This document shows positions 7,417-16,781 of a stretch of 64,000 nucleotides of DNA, one piece after another (position 1 is the stretch's first letter; the number at the start of each line of letters is the position of its first letter). Below the pieces are notes generated by a model that searched no databases, was not told the DNA's origin, and worked only from the letters and a program-made list of their open reading frames with translations. The stretch lies in the IMG/VR virus record IMGVR_UViG_3300042261_000033, positions 351 to 64,350 of that record. The stretch is one strand, 5' to 3'. The DNA comes from a virus. Its lineage: Duplodnaviria > Caudoviricetes. The position numbers were made by a program, and so were the translations under genes.

Positions 7417-7689
7417 ATGCCAGTAGAAGACCACGAAGTACATGACAAGGTTCGTATCCAGTCGGATACACCTTATGGATGTCACAGCAGAAAAGAATTT
7501 ACCAGCGGCTATTACGCGCCGGACAGGATATACCGACCGAACGGGACGTACTACACAGTATTGGCGTTCGTTGAACACACAACATCAAAATCATGCAGAA
7601 GCTTTTACCTGTGGGACACAGACCCACGATGCAAGGGTTGCACTGCAGCAAAAGACATTGATTACCAGCTCAGGATGACATCGCTATGA
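7417..7689 (+). CDS. Hypothetical Cys-containing protein
   Basis: YGCH...CRS...DPRCKGC pattern. Confidence 0.65.
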   Translation: MPVEDHEVHDKVRIQSDTPYGCHSRKEFTSGYYAPDRIYRPNGTYYTVLAFVEHTTSKSCRSFYLWDTDPRCKGCTAAKDIDYQLRMTSL

Positions 7690-7922
7690 CCAGTGGGCTG
7701 AGTGTTTACCTTGAGAAATTTACTGTACAATCCGCGCCTCAAAAGGAGGTGCCAGTGAAGAACTTAAAACAAATAGCACAGGCTGCAGTACGCGCACACA
7801 AAGAAGGCGACAAGGAATTTCTTAATGAAACTCTGTGTGCAATGGACATCGAACTACAACGACTGAAAGACCGTGAATGCGCAGAACGCATGGAGCGGGA
7901 GCAGACGCGCAGTGAAGATTGA
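7686..7922 (+). CDS. Hypothetical protein (start uncertain)
   Basis: ORF in operon; internal AGGAGG before GTG 7755 may mark the true start. Confidence 0.5.
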   Translation: MTSGLSVYLEKFTVQSAPQKEVPVKNLKQIAQAAVRAHKEGDKEFLNETLCAMDIELQRLKDRECAERMEREQTRSED

Positions 7923-8226
7923 ACAGTGGTATCGCATACTGCAGGAGCATGGCTGCATCATCTGCGTGATTGAAGGCCGGGGTAAAAGCCCTAGCGATAT
8001 GCACCACATACTGAAAGCCGGAAGAAGGGTGGATGATTTTCATACCATCCCCCTTTGCTTCCATCATCATCGGTCAGGAATCAATACGCCTGACGTTGTG
8101 AGCCGACATCCTTGGCGCAGGGAATTCGAGAAGCGCTACGGATCCGAATGGGATCTATTCGAGCGCCTCAAGGAATCACTGGTTGAGACCCAGCTTCTCA
8201 GCGACCTCGACTCCCTTCCGAGCTAA
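7873..8226 (+). CDS. Ref-like (HNH-type) recombination enhancement nuclease
   Basis: GCIIC...MHHI...TIPLCFHHHR...FEKRYGSE pattern; start may be GTG 7912. Confidence 0.75.
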   Translation: MNAQNAWSGSRRAVKIEQWYRILQEHGCIICVIEGRGKSPSDMHHILKAGRRVDDFHTIPLCFHHHRSGINTPDVVSRHPWRREFEKRYGSEWDLFERLKESLVETQLLSDLDSLPS

Positions 8227-11200
8227 GTTCGCCTTGATGGCCTTGTACTTGTTAATCAGATCACGCTTCTGGTCTGCGGTGATGTTAGTCGCATCCTGAA
8301 TACGCTTGATCTCATTGTTAAGCTTGGTCATCTCATCGGATATCTTGGCCAGAGGAGCGCGAGCGATCATTGCTTTCTTCTTCTCTGGATCTGCCAAGAA
8401 GTCATGGATCTCCTGCGCATTGCCAGTCTTCTTCAGATCATTGAACTCGGTGTAAGCCTGAGTTGCATTGCTCTGCAGATCATAGAAGGTTGCGACAGAC
8501 CGGTTAACCGTTGGATCAGTCATGAACGAACGGATGAACGGCATGTCTTCCAGATTGCGGGTTGGCTTCTCTTTGCCTGTCACGCCGTTGATCACAGCGT
8601 CACCCAGTTCAAACGAGAACGATCCAAGCTGGGCAAAGTAACCGCTCATCAGGTGATCGATCTTCGCAGGCGATAGACCTATTCCATCCAGACCAATGTT
8701 GCTCAGCATCTTGGCTGTCTCTGAAGCGCGAGCGCCACGCATTGCCACGGGCTTGCCTTGATCGCCCATGCCTTCGATAGGACGACCAGTGAAGAACGAG
8801 TGGTTCGTGATAGTTTCGATGATTGGGTTGAATGCCTGCGGGATTGGATTGCCGCTGGCTGGCAGGTTGTGGATTAGGCCGGTCTTGTACGAGGCCAGTA
8901 GTTCTTTACCCGTTGAATCATTATTTAGGTAACGGATGAAAGCTTCAGGCATCGTCTTGAACAGGAAGCCCAATTCGAATGGCACAGGAACAGTGATGAA
9001 CGACTTCTTGGTTGGATCAGTCGAAGACGGAACAGGGATCAGCCAGTTGCCATCCTTCTCATAATCAGGAACTTCGTCGTAGTCCTTATCGCCTGAGTAC
9101 ATCATTGCGTAAGCAATCGTGCAGGCCGTCATCATCATTGCGCGTGAGGCAAATATACGGCGAGCTGCAGCAGCTTCTTCAGGGTTCAGGCCATGACCAG
9201 TCATAGCGCGATACACGGTATCCAAGCTGGTGATCTGCGCAGACAGGAATGGAATCATCTGACGCAGGTTAGCCATCACTGGCGAGTTACCTTGTACTGC
9301 GAAGTTGATTGACTCGCGAGCCTTGAACACAGCGGTGTCACGCGCACGTTCGTGCGACATGCCGTCAGCAATAGCCTTCTTGTAAGCGGCCTTGTAGATG
9401 GCAACACGGGTTGCGGCATCAGACGCTTCATGGATATGCATTGCCTTGTTAATGGCTTTGTCAATGAAGCTTGGCTTACGGTTGCTTTCTTTGCCGACCG
9501 AATCCAGATACTCATGGATGTTCATGGTGTTGCCGTACTCACCGATAACGCCATGTGCCGACAGGATGTTAACCACTTCGCGGTCGCGGCCAAGGGTCAG
9601 GTTCACGAACTCTTTGGCTGCATGCAACGGGGTAACCATTACGTCAGTAACCATAGAGGCGTGGATCGGGTCACGAATAAGCTGCTTGACCCAGAACATT
9701 GGGTTAAGCAATGCACCCCAGCGCAGAGCCTTAGTCGTTGCGCCAAAGGCCTTCATGATCGGACCCATCTGGTAGCTCATCGACTGGAATGCAGCAACAG
9801 ACAGTTCGTCTTCTGCGTATACAGTAATCTCTTTGCCGTCGCGACGATAGCGCAGGTTAGCGCGTGGGTCAGTCTTATTGACTTCAAAGGCTGCACCGAC
9901 AGAAGCCAGTTGTTCAGCAGCTGCTGCACGGGTCTGGTTCTCAAACGCCAGAGCAGTCATCTTTGCGTACTGCTTGTTAACGTTTTCCCAAATGTTAACG
10001 ATATGCTCGCCGCCTTCCAGACGCTTCATCTTAGGTGTGGACTTAGCGCCTACACCGCCACGGAAGCCGAATACAGCGTTCTCATCCAAGTCTTCAGCCG
10101 ACTTGAACAGAGGGACGTAGTGATCCTTAGCTAGATATTCAGCTGCAGTCTTTTCATTCAGCAGGCCGACGTCTTTCCACAGGCGAACCAGACCGTGGTT
10201 CACTTCCTTCCAGATGTTCAGAACTTCACGGACTTGAGGGATGGTGTTGTACAAGTGTTCTGCGTAAGCAATCTGCTCAGGAGTGACAACCTTCTCACGG
10301 TTGATCTTCTGTTGCGCACGGCCTTCGCTTGCCTGCAGACGAGCTTCCTTCTCAAGCTTCTTGGCCTTGGCCATCAGCTTAAAGGACTTGGCCGTCTTGC
10401 CTTCTTTGGAAAGCTTTGTGGCCTCTTCCTTCATCTGGGCTGCTCGTTCCATATCCACCGCTGCGGCAGCAACCATGCGACGACCTTCCTCGCGGATGGC
10501 TTCGTCTTCCTGCATGATGTCCTTACCACGTAAAGCACGGGCAACTTCGCCAACCAGCAGTCTGCCGTTCATGCCTTGCTCTACGCAGATTGGATGCGTA
10601 TCAAGCTGGTCTGCGATGATCTGGCCACGAGCCAGATTGTTTTCGCTTTGCTGAATAATGACTGTGCCATCAGTATTCAGGACTGGAATGCCAGACTGCA
10701 TGCCGTTACGAATCAGGTTAATGTTCTGGTCTTTGGCATGGTTCAGGTAGTCAACACGCAGCTTGCCATCGGCATCCATCTTGGCCAGCTTGTTAAGCTT
10801 GGCGGTAAGGCCAGCAGACTTGTCGATGTACTTAACACGTTGCTCAGTACGCCAATCAGAACTCTTGATGGCGCCATACATGTTGTTGACAGTCTGGATA
10901 ACGGCTTTGCCGCCAGTGGCCTCATCAGTCAGCTTGGTGTTGTTTAGCTTGCGCTTGCTGTAGCGGATGTCGCCTGTCTCGTTGTACGTGCCAACATTGC
11001 CAACAGCAGACTTGATCTGGTTGGGGCTGTAAACTGCCAAGTTCTTACGGCCAGCTTCATTGATATAGAAACTGTCAAAGCCTGCGTTACGAATTGCTTC
11101 TTGTACGGCCTCCGTCTCGATGACTTCCCAGCTGCCAGCGCCTGCTTTATTGGCAAACAGCTTTGCTGACGTCATCGTGTCGATGTCGTTGCCGCGCTCT

Positions 11201-14200
11201 TGAGAGTCTAGCGCCATCTGAATACCAACCCGTTGCAGATGCTTTGGATTGTCGTAGTCGAATGGATTCTCTGCCCGTACATATACAGGCATGATGTTCG
11301 CATTGCTGGCAATGTTGTCGCGGATCATCGGTTCAATGATCATGCGCAGAGGGCGGTACGCACCGCTGATGTCGTCCTTGTATTTCTCAATCAGGTCCTT
11401 ACCGGCCTGTTTGGTGATCGACTCATCTTTCACCAAACTGCGAACAGCTTCATTAACCAGCTTGCGCTTCTCAGCTTCTGACAGGCTGTCGTAGTACTCG
11501 GCAACCATATAGTCAGAAGACAGCTCAGAGAAGTCTTCTGCGAACTTAGGGTCATCGGTAACGAAGATGGCGCCAGCTTGTTTAGGCTTGAACTCAGTGA
11601 TGTCACGAGCCGTGCCGTGGTACATGATCTTTGGCTTGCCGCTATCGTCGACAATCTTCGAGTTGCCGAACCAACGCTTGAAGTTGGTGTTGCGCTGAAC
11701 GGCAGGGGCTAACTCCTCTGCTTTGCGCAGGCTGTAACGGATGTCCGATTCGTACTTGCTCGGACGTTGATTAAACGCTGACTTGATCTGCTGATTGTAA
11801 AGTGCTGCATATGTGTCGTAGCCACGTTCTTTAGCAAAGATGCCGTCGTAGCCAAGCTCACGAAGCTTGCTTGCAAACAGCCCGTCATTAACGATTCTGT
11901 AGACTGGATCGCTCCAATTAAGATCGGTAAGGCCAAAGTCTTCCATTCGAAGGCCAAGCTTAGACATGACGCGAGTGAACCCGCTTTGGCCAATGGTCTT
12001 GTCCAAGTCCTGTTCAATTATCAATGGATTCTTGATGGAAAGGAACGCTGGGTAAATAGCGGTCTCTTTAGCATAAGCCTCTGCCAGTGCTGGATCTTTT
12101 GCAAACCAGATTGGCTTGTCTTCATTGAATACTGCGATTCCACCAACCTCTGACACATCAGAATCTTCTTGATCTGTGCCGTGGTAAACCTGCATTGGCT
12201 TACCATCTTCGGTTGTCACTTGACTTCCTTCAAACCATTCTTTGAACTCAGGAGTCTGCGGTGCGCGTAGGCTGAACTTGGCAATAGGAATAACCTTCTT
12301 GCCTTCGCCAAACTTGCTTTGATCCTGAATGACAACGGTGTCGCCATCACGCTTAGGATCGTAGTCAACAAAGAAGCCATTGTACTTAGCAGCAGCTTCT
12401 TCTGGCTTGGTTGTTCTGTCCTTGTTGGTCAGGCCAACAATCATGCCAACGCCGTCTTCACGCTTCGGATCAAGGAAGCGAGCATCGTAGTTGTCACCGT
12501 CCCAGACTTGGAAACGCTGGCCGGTCTTCTCATCAACCACGAACTTCGGCATGCTGTTACGGTCAGTGAACGCCATAGCAACGTTGAAGCCGTTGTTCAT
12601 GCGCTTGACCATGTTGTCCCAGTTGCTGTGCTGGTTGTACACAGACTTGCCGTTAACCGTCTGCGACACACCGGTCGAGCTGTATGTCAGGTGATGGTTA
12701 GGTGCAATCGAATTGGTTGGCAGCTTGGTGTAGTCATAGAACATGATGTCAGGGAATGAATTGATGATTCCCTTAAACACGTTAGGCGGGAAGTCGCTTG
12801 TTACGTTCAAGCGGACTGCGCCCTTGTAATCGTTCTTATCTGCCCAGTTTTGCAGCGACTGAATCTCTGAATGCAGGATGATGGCAAAGGCTTCTGGATT
12901 CTGTACGAACGCTTCAGTCTTCAGGTACTGCGACAGGCGTGGGCCTTGACGGAATTGACCCTTGCCGCCATACAGTTCGTTCTGACCAGACGTCTCGCCA
13001 AGGCACAGACCTTCGCAGATAGCCGACTTAGGACAGGTGGACAGATTCTTCTCGTTGATCTTCTGCGCAGAGGCCAAGCCAAGACCCATCGATGCAACGC
13101 TCTTGCCTTCATAGGTCAAGCCATAGTCGCCAACACGGGTCTTCTCAAGCTTGCCATTCTCAGACAGCAGGGTCGTGATGTTGTGCATCTGCTTCAGAAC
13201 TAGCTTGGCTTCTTTCTTCAGAGCCTTCTTGTCTTTGGAGCTGGCGCTTGCGTACAGGTCTGTTGCCTCCTGAACCCTGCGCTCAAGGTCTGTGAACTTT
13301 GTGTCTTGCGACAAAGCTCTTGCACGAGGAGCGTCCAGCGTGAACAGCTTGGTCATCTTCATCTTATTGAAGAACGACTGACCTTCTGCCAATGGAATAA
13401 AGAAGTCTTTACGACCGTCTTCAAACTCCTGATCCAGTTGCAGCATGGCGGGATCAACATGAACCATTACGTTCGCGCCTTCCATAGGCGTGTCGATATT
13501 GCCCGGCTTGGCCATGACATTCTGGCCTGCGGATTCGTTCGTCAGGTAGATGCGGGTTGCTTCTGGCGTTGCTCCAACCAGCTTCTTGTCGCGCAGGATC
13601 TGGCGAGCGAGAGCGTTCGTGGTTGGAACGTACAGGGTAACCGTGCCGTTCTTGTTTACTGGAATACCAAGGATCGGGTGATTGCCTTGTGCGTCTGTGC
13701 CAAAAGCTTCGCCTGCGTACTTGCCAGTCTTCTTGATGGCGTACTTCGGCATATCGGTTGGAACATCAACGCGGCCTTCAGAAAGGTACGGGTTCTCACC
13801 GGTCTTTTCTTCGTACTTCTCTGCCATCTTCTTGGCAAAAGGAGTGGCCTTCCAGTTGTTTGTCTTGGCTGCGTTAGCTGGGTATTCCTTGGCTTCTTCC
13901 TTCAGGCTGTACTTCTCGCCTTCTTGGCGTTGACGCATGATCTTAACTGCAGCGGGTCGTATCTCATTGAGGTACGTCATCATCGCATCTTTGTCGCCAG
14001 CAGCCTTAAGTCTATCGGTAATTCCTTCAACGACTTTATCAATAGCGTTCCAAGCTCTCTGAGATAGAACGTTACCATTGTAATCGGCATTGTTCTTCAC
14101 AAGAGAATTTGCAACACGCCCAATGCCATCGGCAATAATTCCTTCACGGGTTGCCAGATCGCGCTTGGCAAACTTAGCCTGATACGCAGGAGCTACATCT

Positions 14201-16764
14201 GCGCCGCCATACATAGGAGCAAACTCGCCGCGTTCCACGCCAGCAAATATCTTGTCGGTGGTATCAAAGCCGCCTTGCTTAAACGTTCCTGCCAGCTTGG
14301 CAAAGAACTCTTTCAGCTTACGGAAGATAGCACCGATACGGCCAGCTGGTGGTTTAGTCTCAGCGAAATGCTTGAACGCTTCAGCAATAGCTTCTTCTTC
14401 CATGTACTCTTGGAAGCCAGCTTCGTTGCCGTTGTTATCAGCCATGTACTGCTGGAAGTAAGCCTGCTGCATCTCTGGTGAGAAGTGCTGATTGATCCAC
14501 TGCTCACGGGCTTTCTTAGACAGCACGTTCCATTCATCTGCAGTGAAAGCACCGGTCTTCTTCAGGGCGTGAATAACCTCATGGCGCAGGGTGGCCATTG
14601 GGTTCTCAGAGTCTAATGCGATCTGGATGATGTTGCGGAAGTACGCTCCATCGGCAGCGCCATTATTAATGCTGTCAACGAGCTTAAGAGCGACGTTGCT
14701 AAGGCCAAAGCGACGCATAGCAGGAGCAAGCTGAGACTTGACTTGATCTGCGTAAGCTTGAGCTTCTGGCGTGTACGCTGCGCCCATCTGATTAAGGCTG
14801 TATTTCGCATCTGGATTGCCTGCGTTAGCTTGATCAACGGCAGCATCGATATTGCCTTGAGCCTTGGTTGATAGACCTTGAACAGTGATCTTCTGCTCGG
14901 CAGAACGCATAAACGGTGGCGTACGCAGAGCCTCCATCTGTTCAGGTGAATAGACCTTGCTTGCTGCGCTGAGCGTCAGCTTCTGGTCTGATGTGCGTTG
15001 GAAAGCTGGTGTGTTAAGAGCGTCAGCAATAGCTTCAGGGGCTGGAGGAGCAGGCTGTTCAACTGGAGCTTCAGTCGGCATAGCTGCTGCGGCTTGCTCA
15101 CGGTCAGCTGCCAGCTTATCCCAAGCCTCTTGGCTTTCATCTGGCTGGCCATAGCGAACGGTCTCACGAGGAGCGCGAACAGTTTCAATGGCTGGAGCTT
15201 CGGCAGCAGGTGCGCCTTCGACTCGGTCATACATCTTCTGATCTGGGAAGAACTGATCTAGCAACTGGGCTTGAGCCACGGTAGCCACGCCATTGTTTTC
15301 TTCAACAGAACGCAGGGCATTGTCCACGGCAGCATGAATTTCTTCTGGCGCAGCCTGAACTTGGGTTGCGGCCTGAGCAGCGGCCTGACGGCGCTGCCCT
15401 TCAGCAGCAGCCTGTTCCAAAGAAGAAACAGGAACCTGACCAGTTCCCTGTAAAGAAGCGGCTTGCAAACGTTGCGCAACCTCCTCCGGTGGGGTTGTCT
15501 CAGCTTTGCGTGCTGCGCGTTCAGCCATAGCTGCGTCAACACGTTCTTGCTCAGCTTGAGCCATACGCTCCTGACGGCGAGCCATTAGCTCTTCGATAGG
15601 GGTTGGTGCGTACTGAGGCGCTTCAGGCGCAGCAGGGGCTGTTCCCGTGGCTTCTGGAGGCATTCCGGCCGGAGGAGGAACGAAGCCTTCTGGAACTTTA
15701 AGCTCAGGAGCTGGTGCTTGCGCTCTCTGCGAACGAAGACCGCCGACCGTACCCGGAACGACCGACATGCCGAACGAAGCGGCTGCGGTGTTGATGTACT
15801 CATCGATAGCATTACGATCTGCCAAAGGCAGGCTTGAGCCGTATCGTTCTGCTGCGCTCTGCAGTAATTCAGGCGGGACTTCTTTTGCGCCAGTGAACAG
15901 AACGCTTTTGCCGACGTTCATCAGCATGTTCTTGGTTGGCTTCGACAGTCCGTCTAAAGCACCCAGACCAATCTTCTCTGACACGAAGTCAGCGGCTGCG
16001 TGTACAGCTGCAGCAGGGAAGATTTCAGACATGTTCAGTTCATGAATGTCTTTGCCCTGAGCCTGCGCTTCTTCAATAGCACGACTGCCAACTTCACCAA
16101 AACCATGATAACCAGCCTGAGTTATCAGGCCAAGGTTTAAACCAAGTTGTTTCTTTGCTTCCTTAGCGATATAGGCTTCAGCTGCGTCTTCGCCCTTCTC
16201 TTTGAGGATCTTCTCAGCGGCTTCTTTAACACCCCTCTTAACCAAGCTCTTGCCAAGAATACCGCTCAATGCACCACCGGCTGTACCGGCAACAGGAACG
16301 GCAGAGCCAACTGCAGCGCCGCCTAGGGCTACAGCACCGGTTTCAAGGATGTTTGCTGCGCCTTGACCAATCTGGTATGGAAGCCAGTCTGTCAGGACGG
16401 ATCCAATGCCTTTTTCCCATGCATTGGTGAATGTGTCTGTTTCTTTGGCTAGTGGACGCTGTTTCTCTTGGCCAGCCTTAATGTTCTCAAGGCCATGCTC
16501 CGTCAGATACTTGGCTATGCTGCTATCTTTGCCGAGCAGTCTTTCTGCGCCAAGTCCGAGTACGGCCTGTGCGCCACCAAACGTTTCTTGCGTTTGAGGC
16601 ATGTATGCCTTGAAGCCACGGGTGACATCCCACGATTGATCTGCCTTTGGCAGAGACTTCATCTGCTCCAAGACGGCGGCGTAAGCCTGCTCGTCCGAAA
16701 GTTCTGTAGGAGAATCAACTTTAAAAGTCCCCTCTCCGGGGACATCAATGTTGTAACTCGGCAT
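8176..16764 (-). CDS. Giant polyvalent ejection protein (metallopeptidase-like, Gp88-like, two ART-PolyVal-like and LPD38-like domains)
   Basis: HEVIH at 14569-14583; CPKSAICEGLC/RLNVTSD/FYDYTK/DGDNYDARFLD; two FKxWF..S....GKP...YHGT...QIKSA units; C-terminal VPVPFELG...NHSFFTGRPI; last gene of the virion block. Confidence 0.85.
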   Translation of the reverse strand: MPSYNIDVPGEGTFKVDSPTELSDEQAYAAVLEQMKSLPKADQSWDVTRGFKAYMPQTQETFGGAQAVLGLGAERLLGKDSSIAKYLTEHGLENIKAGQEKQRPLAKETDTFTNAWEKGIGSVLTDWLPYQIGQGAANILETGAVALGGAAVGSAVPVAGTAGGALSGILGKSLVKRGVKEAAEKILKEKGEDAAEAYIAKEAKKQLGLNLGLITQAGYHGFGEVGSRAIEEAQAQGKDIHELNMSEIFPAAAVHAAADFVSEKIGLGALDGLSKPTKNMLMNVGKSVLFTGAKEVPPELLQSAAERYGSSLPLADRNAIDEYINTAAASFGMSVVPGTVGGLRSQRAQAPAPELKVPEGFVPPPAGMPPEATGTAPAAPEAPQYAPTPIEELMARRQERMAQAEQERVDAAMAERAARKAETTPPEEVAQRLQAASLQGTGQVPVSSLEQAAAEGQRRQAAAQAATQVQAAPEEIHAAVDNALRSVEENNGVATVAQAQLLDQFFPDQKMYDRVEGAPAAEAPAIETVRAPRETVRYGQPDESQEAWDKLAADREQAAAAMPTEAPVEQPAPPAPEAIADALNTPAFQRTSDQKLTLSAASKVYSPEQMEALRTPPFMRSAEQKITVQGLSTKAQGNIDAAVDQANAGNPDAKYSLNQMGAAYTPEAQAYADQVKSQLAPAMRRFGLSNVALKLVDSINNGAADGAYFRNIIQIALDSENPMATLRHEVIHALKKTGAFTADEWNVLSKKAREQWINQHFSPEMQQAYFQQYMADNNGNEAGFQEYMEEEAIAEAFKHFAETKPPAGRIGAIFRKLKEFFAKLAGTFKQGGFDTTDKIFAGVERGEFAPMYGGADVAPAYQAKFAKRDLATREGIIADGIGRVANSLVKNNADYNGNVLSQRAWNAIDKVVEGITDRLKAAGDKDAMMTYLNEIRPAAVKIMRQRQEGEKYSLKEEAKEYPANAAKTNNWKATPFAKKMAEKYEEKTGENPYLSEGRVDVPTDMPKYAIKKTGKYAGEAFGTDAQGNHPILGIPVNKNGTVTLYVPTTNALARQILRDKKLVGATPEATRIYLTNESAGQNVMAKPGNIDTPMEGANVMVHVDPAMLQLDQEFEDGRKDFFIPLAEGQSFFNKMKMTKLFTLDAPRARALSQDTKFTDLERRVQEATDLYASASSKDKKALKKEAKLVLKQMHNITTLLSENGKLEKTRVGDYGLTYEGKSVASMGLGLASAQKINEKNLSTCPKSAICEGLCLGETSGQNELYGGKGQFRQGPRLSQYLKTEAFVQNPEAFAIILHSEIQSLQNWADKNDYKGAVRLNVTSDFPPNVFKGIINSFPDIMFYDYTKLPTNSIAPNHHLTYSSTGVSQTVNGKSVYNQHSNWDNMVKRMNNGFNVAMAFTDRNSMPKFVVDEKTGQRFQVWDGDNYDARFLDPKREDGVGMIVGLTNKDRTTKPEEAAAKYNGFFVDYDPKRDGDTVVIQDQSKFGEGKKVIPIAKFSLRAPQTPEFKEWFEGSQVTTEDGKPMQVYHGTDQEDSDVSEVGGIAVFNEDKPIWFAKDPALAEAYAKETAIYPAFLSIKNPLIIEQDLDKTIGQSGFTRVMSKLGLRMEDFGLTDLNWSDPVYRIVNDGLFASKLRELGYDGIFAKERGYDTYAALYNQQIKSAFNQRPSKYESDIRYSLRKAEELAPAVQRNTNFKRWFGNSKIVDDSGKPKIMYHGTARDITEFKPKQAGAIFVTDDPKFAEDFSELSSDYMVAEYYDSLSEAEKRKLVNEAVRSLVKDESITKQAGKDLIEKYKDDISGAYRPLRMIIEPMIRDNIASNANIMPVYVRAENPFDYDNPKHLQRVGIQMALDSQERGNDIDTMTSAKLFANKAGAGSWEVIETEAVQEAIRNAGFDSFYINEAGRKNLAVYSPNQIKSAVGNVGTYNETGDIRYSKRKLNNTKLTDEATGGKAVIQTVNNMYGAIKSSDWRTEQRVKYIDKSAGLTAKLNKLAKMDADGKLRVDYLNHAKDQNINLIRNGMQSGIPVLNTDGTVIIQQSENNLARGQIIADQLDTHPICVEQGMNGRLLVGEVARALRGKDIMQEDEAIREEGRRMVAAAAVDMERAAQMKEEATKLSKEGKTAKSFKLMAKAKKLEKEARLQASEGRAQQKINREKVVTPEQIAYAEHLYNTIPQVREVLNIWKEVNHGLVRLWKDVGLLNEKTAAEYLAKDHYVPLFKSAEDLDENAVFGFRGGVGAKSTPKMKRLEGGEHIVNIWENVNKQYAKMTALAFENQTRAAAAEQLASVGAAFEVNKTDPRANLRYRRDGKEITVYAEDELSVAAFQSMSYQMGPIMKAFGATTKALRWGALLNPMFWVKQLIRDPIHASMVTDVMVTPLHAAKEFVNLTLGRDREVVNILSAHGVIGEYGNTMNIHEYLDSVGKESNRKPSFIDKAINKAMHIHEASDAATRVAIYKAAYKKAIADGMSHERARDTAVFKARESINFAVQGNSPVMANLRQMIPFLSAQITSLDTVYRAMTGHGLNPEEAAAARRIFASRAMMMTACTIAYAMMYSGDKDYDEVPDYEKDGNWLIPVPSSTDPTKKSFITVPVPFELGFLFKTMPEAFIRYLNNDSTGKELLASYKTGLIHNLPASGNPIPQAFNPIIETITNHSFFTGRPIEGMGDQGKPVAMRGARASETAKMLSNIGLDGIGLSPAKIDHLMSGYFAQLGSFSFELGDAVINGVTGKEKPTRNLEDMPFIRSFMTDPTVNRSVATFYDLQSNATQAYTEFNDLKKTGNAQEIHDFLADPEKKKAMIARAPLAKISDEMTKLNNEIKRIQDATNITADQKRDLINKYKAIKANLARKGVEVAEKLGLNQ

Positions 16765-16781
16765 AACTGCCCCTAATTAGA

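Noticed and set aside
8404-16776. Many plus-strand ORFs opposite the giant gene (and similar ones opposite capsid, portal and helicase)
   Set aside because: Antisense shadows caused by codon bias; no RBS or motifs
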